Below are positions 61,401 to 64,000 of a DNA stretch of 64,000 bases, piece after piece. The stretch is from Syntrophorhabdaceae bacterium. Lineage in GTDB: Bacteria; Desulfobacterota; Syntrophorhabdia; Syntrophorhabdales; Syntrophorhabdaceae. The notes beneath the pieces are model-generated. The model was not told where the DNA came from. It did not search any database and saw only the letters and a list, made by a program, of their open reading frames with translations. How positions within the stretch are numbered: position 1 is the stretch's first letter; each line of letters begins with the position of its first letter. Made by a program: the position numbers and the translations under genes. The DNA lies in assembly GCA_963665295.1 (NCBI GenBank), contig OY762209.1, positions 3,552,001-3,616,000 on the forward strand. Direction: 5' to 3'.

Positions 61401-61560
61401 CACCTTGTTGGCGGACGTGGAGAGGGAACACATAGAGAAGGTCCTGAAGGAAACGCGCGGGAAGGTGGGAGGCCCTGACGGGGCAGCTTCGATCCTGGGA
61501 TTGAAACCGACAACCCTCTTTTTCCGTATGAAGAAACTGGGGATCACGAAACGCTCGTAA
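58414..61560 (+). CDS. Large sigma-54 enhancer-binding protein (helical/TPR-like N-terminus, GAF, AAA+, HTH)
   Basis: GAF (GYLYLDN), GETGVGKE, ELFGHEKGSFTGA, FLDEIGD, WPGNVREL, GAASILGLKPTTL. Confidence 0.9.
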   Translation: MAKMTKSGTDPEKLWLRFDRLHRDIVLYLVYTEPPVSIDMLTSLVGGPALRVLNAMEALRKRRLVTERRGYGKGLYFLTDSGLPEFAREHLPGEETGEALRKLVGYYKGQETKTEEALLALSRLYLELGDIGAGLEYIKQAADILYRSGQREKAVVNYDNILQYYGKNQPREADADCFLDSVFAKVTISKYLMPLHEQVALLSKAEKVAERHERWEALARTKLTLGRLLQASGRHRQAERCMNDYRNLTRDVGDPAMLKIATLLTSEFLYWQGRFSEAARRYEEVAGDLEEFGDDRATLKAGARVGFSYVICGRIARGMGMIDAVRAKGNSLDLPSVVAVADFMSALALMEMRKLPEAELQLDRLSSFPDEVLGHYTLSGMNRCRAYISCAREDYSGAYEYHKRAIEHSLSLGWSHHNGPWNLECLDILESKGFFNKEWNFDGEVRRILGWDDIYMKGVAYRYRALRNMKSGRPLGKILTDLKGSEKYLKEAGAEIELARTWVDLGNAFAKKGEPTVARAYLEKAWALFSTVDRNLIPKDLLVIMPQEAKIELMIERIMKINESLGTIQDMSSFLERVINAAMDFTMATRGAFFAVGAGGEPKIMASRNLDVPDARQSSIIHSVVAHGDREGIEVVAPGIKKIGGLTDQILLEAGIYSFICMPAKLVGQTQGYLYLDNRLGGEPFSGNLLTYVRLLCSQIAVGLSNIKVYDEMRKEKDRLEDEAIFYKQTMGIANPPERIMGTSGAIKTIIEQIRQVAPTDSTVLIVGETGVGKELVAKAIHHLSERREGPFIPVNLAVLPHDLVASELFGHEKGSFTGASERHKGRFELADGGTIFLDEIGDLPPDVQVKLLRVLQESKFERLGSERQIRSDFRVVAATHRNLHAEIEKGAFRQDLYYRLNVFPLYIPPLRDRKEDIPLLAHHFLDKFGKKMGKRIGRIPEEELAKLIDYHWPGNVRELEHFVERAVIISDGHRISFSGHEFQSPSIGFGKNPGATLLADVEREHIEKVLKETRGKVGGPDGAASILGLKPTTLFFRMKKLGITKRS

Positions 61561-61620
61561 GCAAGGGAACGAGCGGAAGCGGACGATGCCATAGAGGGCT
61601 GCCGCTACAGGAGGTCCGTT

Positions 61621-62574
61621 GTGGATGAAATGGAACGAAAAGAGAGAATCCTGGGTGGGTTGTGGGGCGCAATTGTGGGAGATGCCCTTGGTGTACCCGT
61701 GGAGTTCGGAGGCAGGGAGGAGCGAAAAGCCGACCCCGTGACGGACATGCGGGAATTCGGGATTTTCCGTCAGCCTAAAGGCACGTGGTCCGATGATAGT
61801 TCCCTCATGCTCTGCACTGTAGAGGGTCTCATGGACGGATTCGATACTTTGAGGATGGGTGAACTCTTCTCCCGGTGGTTTTACGAGGGGTACTGGACTC
61901 CCTGGGGCAGGACTTTCGGCGTCGGCCTGACCACGAGGTCTGCAATCCGGCGCATGAAGTCGGGTGTACCTCCTGAAATGGCGGGCGGCGCGGAAGAAAA
62001 GGACAATGGAAACGGCTCCCTCATGCGCATCCTGCCCGTGGGAATTTACGCGTCGCGACTGCCTCCGGCGCAGATCCTCGAATATGCGCACCGTGCCTCT
62101 TCGCTCACCCACCGTCACCCGAGGTCCCAAATGGCGTGCGGCTTTTACTGCCTCATGGTTTCCTTTTTGCTTGAAGGAATTGACCCGGATGCAGCTTACA
62201 GGGAGGCAATAAAACACACCCTGCGGTTGTATCGCGACAGGCCGGCCTGCTCAGACGAACTCCCCCATTTTGCCCGCCTCCTCTCCGGTGGGATAGCCGA
62301 CGCCGATGACGGGGAAATCGAATCAGGGGGATATGTGGTCCACACGCTGGAGGCAGCCGTCTGGTGTCTCCTCACTACGCGTACCTTCAGGGAAGCAGTC
62401 CTTAAAGCCGTCAACCTGGGCGCAGACGCAGACACCACCGGCACCGTAACCGGCGGATTGGGAGGGATATGGTACGGGGAAAACTCCATACCGCAGGAAT
62501 GGATGGAGGCTGTCGCACGGAGGAAAGATATGGAGGGGCTTTTTGAGAGGTTTTGGGAGAGGCAGCAAGATTGA
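61621..62574 (+). CDS. ADP-ribosylglycohydrolase family protein
   Basis: GDALGVPVEF, GTWSDDS, GNGSLMR, LTH, VNLGADADT. Confidence 0.92.
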   Translation: MDEMERKERILGGLWGAIVGDALGVPVEFGGREERKADPVTDMREFGIFRQPKGTWSDDSSLMLCTVEGLMDGFDTLRMGELFSRWFYEGYWTPWGRTFGVGLTTRSAIRRMKSGVPPEMAGGAEEKDNGNGSLMRILPVGIYASRLPPAQILEYAHRASSLTHRHPRSQMACGFYCLMVSFLLEGIDPDAAYREAIKHTLRLYRDRPACSDELPHFARLLSGGIADADDGEIESGGYVVHTLEAAVWCLLTTRTFREAVLKAVNLGADADTTGTVTGGLGGIWYGENSIPQEWMEAVARRKDMEGLFERFWERQQD

Positions 62575-62641
62575 CATAGGGGTCTTCATGTTATACAAGA
62601 ATTGAAAGTGGTCTCCAACACTATCCTCGAGGAGGGGTCGC

Positions 62642-64000
62642 ATGGGTAAAGATAATGGCGGGAAAACCGTTACACGACGCGGTTTCATCAAGGGTGCGCT
62701 GGCGGCAGGCGCCGGTGGAGCGGCCCTCGCGGGTCTGATCCCGAACGACGTTTCCGCGGCTTCGGGAGGTGTCCGGCAAAAGTGGGACCATGAAACGGAT
62801 GTGCTTATCCTCGGTTTCGGCGGAGCCGGGGCTGCAGCGGCAATCGAAGCGAAAGACGCGGGCGCCCATGTCCTCATACTGGAGAAACAACCTGAGAACG
62901 CGCATTACTCCAACACCCGGATGGCGGGCGGCATATTCCATAGCCCGGACCCGACAGGAGACAAAGCAGCCCTCAAAGCATATGCCCTCGCCATGTTCAG
63001 TGGCGAGAACCTTCCATGGAAGCTGGAAGGCGAGCAACCGGAGGTCTCTGAGGGCCTGGCTGAAGCTTGGGCCGAGCTTTCCCCTGAGAACGTGTCCTGG
63101 CTCAAGAAACTTGACCCGGAGTTCAGGACGGTTCCCATGTCCGGGTTTTCGGGGGCAGCTTTTCCGAACTTTCCCGGGGCGAAGGAGTCGAAATACAGGG
63201 TCTACGGAAGCACTTTTTCCGGGAGGTCGGACTTCAATGTTCCCACGAAGGACAGTCCGAAACTTCAGAAGATGAACGGGGAGGCGTTCTTTACCGTACT
63301 CCATGACGCAGTGCACAAAAGGGGCATTCCGGTCCTCTATGAGACCGCCGCGGTGAGGCTCCTTATGAATGACCGGGGAGAGGCGATCGGGGCCATGGCG
63401 CGGACCGGAAACGGGAAGGAGGTCGCCTGCAAGGCCCGAAGGGCGGTAGCCATTACCTCGGGCGGCTATGAATACAACAAGGAGATGAGGCGCGCCTTTC
63501 TTGAAGGCCCCGGCGTCGAGGGGTGGGCCTTTTACGGTACACCCGCGAATACCGGTGACGGCATCGAGATGGCCCTGAAGGTCGGGGCGGGCCTCATGAA
63601 GGCAGGCAAAGCCGCGGCGCGCATGATCATGGCCGTGCCCGTCCGCGTGAACGGCATGAAGATGGGTCTCATCACTGATTCGGTGGGACGCCCCAACTCC
63701 ATTGTGGTAGATAACTACGGTAACCGGTACGCAGCCGAAACCCTGATCACCACGGACCCGAGCCGTTACTTCTTTTACAAGGAAGCCGTCAAGTTCGACA
63801 TTACGAAACTCCTCTACCCGCGTTGTCCGAGTTGGATGGTATTTGATCAGACTTTCATGACAGGAACGACCGTCACCTCTCTCGGGATATCCACGGCGGG
63901 TTATGGCTATGTGCCCTGGTCGAAGGACAACATGGATGCGGTGCGGAGGGGTTGGATACTCACTGCGGATACGATCGAAGCCCTCGGCGAGAAAATCAGG
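62642..64000 (+). CDS. Tat-exported FAD-binding oxidoreductase (flavocytochrome c/fumarate reductase-like), 3' partial
   Basis: Not in ORF track. MGKDNGGKTVTRRGFIKGAL...WDHETDVLILGFGGAGAAAAIEA...LEK; NTGDGIEMA; GGAGG RBS. Confidence 0.88.
   Translation, partial: MGKDNGGKTVTRRGFIKGALAAGAGGAALAGLIPNDVSAASGGVRQKWDHETDVLILGFGGAGAAAAIEAKDAGAHVLILEKQPENAHYSNTRMAGGIFHSPDPTGDKAALKAYALAMFSGENLPWKLEGEQPEVSEGLAEAWAELSPENVSWLKKLDPEFRTVPMSGFSGAAFPNFPGAKESKYRVYGSTFSGRSDFNVPTKDSPKLQKMNGEAFFTVLHDAVHKRGIPVLYETAAVRLLMNDRGEAIGAMARTGNGKEVACKARRAVAITSGGYEYNKEMRRAFLEGPGVEGWAFYGTPANTGDGIEMALKVGAGLMKAGKAAARMIMAVPVRVNGMKMGLITDSVGRPNSIVVDNYGNRYAAETLITTDPSRYFFYKEAVKFDITKLLYPRCPSWMVFDQTFMTGTTVTSLGISTAGYGYVPWSKDNMDAVRRGWILTADTIEALGEKIR

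Noticed and set aside
61621..62574. draG nitrogenase control or a toxin-antitoxin system
   Set aside because: No draT, nif or ADP-ribosyltransferase gene nearby

Overview
Chromosomal window of about 55% GC from a strictly anaerobic bacterium. The gene style (split atpIBE cluster, sigma-54 regulators, PAS-LuxR proteins, CoA ligases, HgdAB/BzdNO-type pair, PpsB-like protein) suggests a Desulfobacterota, possibly Syntrophorhabdus-like; this is inference. Contents: two xanthine-oxidase-family molybdoenzyme loci, rfbA, tRNA-Lys(CTT), an acyl-CoA/aromatic catabolic module, Fo ATP synthase genes, uvrBC, a large beta-propeller surface protein, a BaeSR-like envelope-stress locus, and two intact IS elements (IS1380 with an AGCC target duplication; IS630 with a -1 frameshift, splitting a transglutaminase-like gene). 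Main highlights: (1) a YeeE/YedE gene with an in-frame UGA at the conserved Cys plus a SECIS-like hairpin, missed by the ORF track; (2) a CATATG-cored operator in three promoters, linking a DUF134 HTH gene to the NifX-like/FmdB genes and the Sec-YeeE-YeeE-MoaE-DUF1847 operon, a candidate sulfur/selenium/metal regulon; (3) a molybdoenzyme FAD subunit with a whole GltD-like NAD(P)H oxidoreductase module inserted in its [4Fe-4S] loop; (4) an intact GH13 gene lacking two of three catalytic acids; (5) several apparently leaderless genes. Product calls come from motif recognition by eye; no database searches were run.
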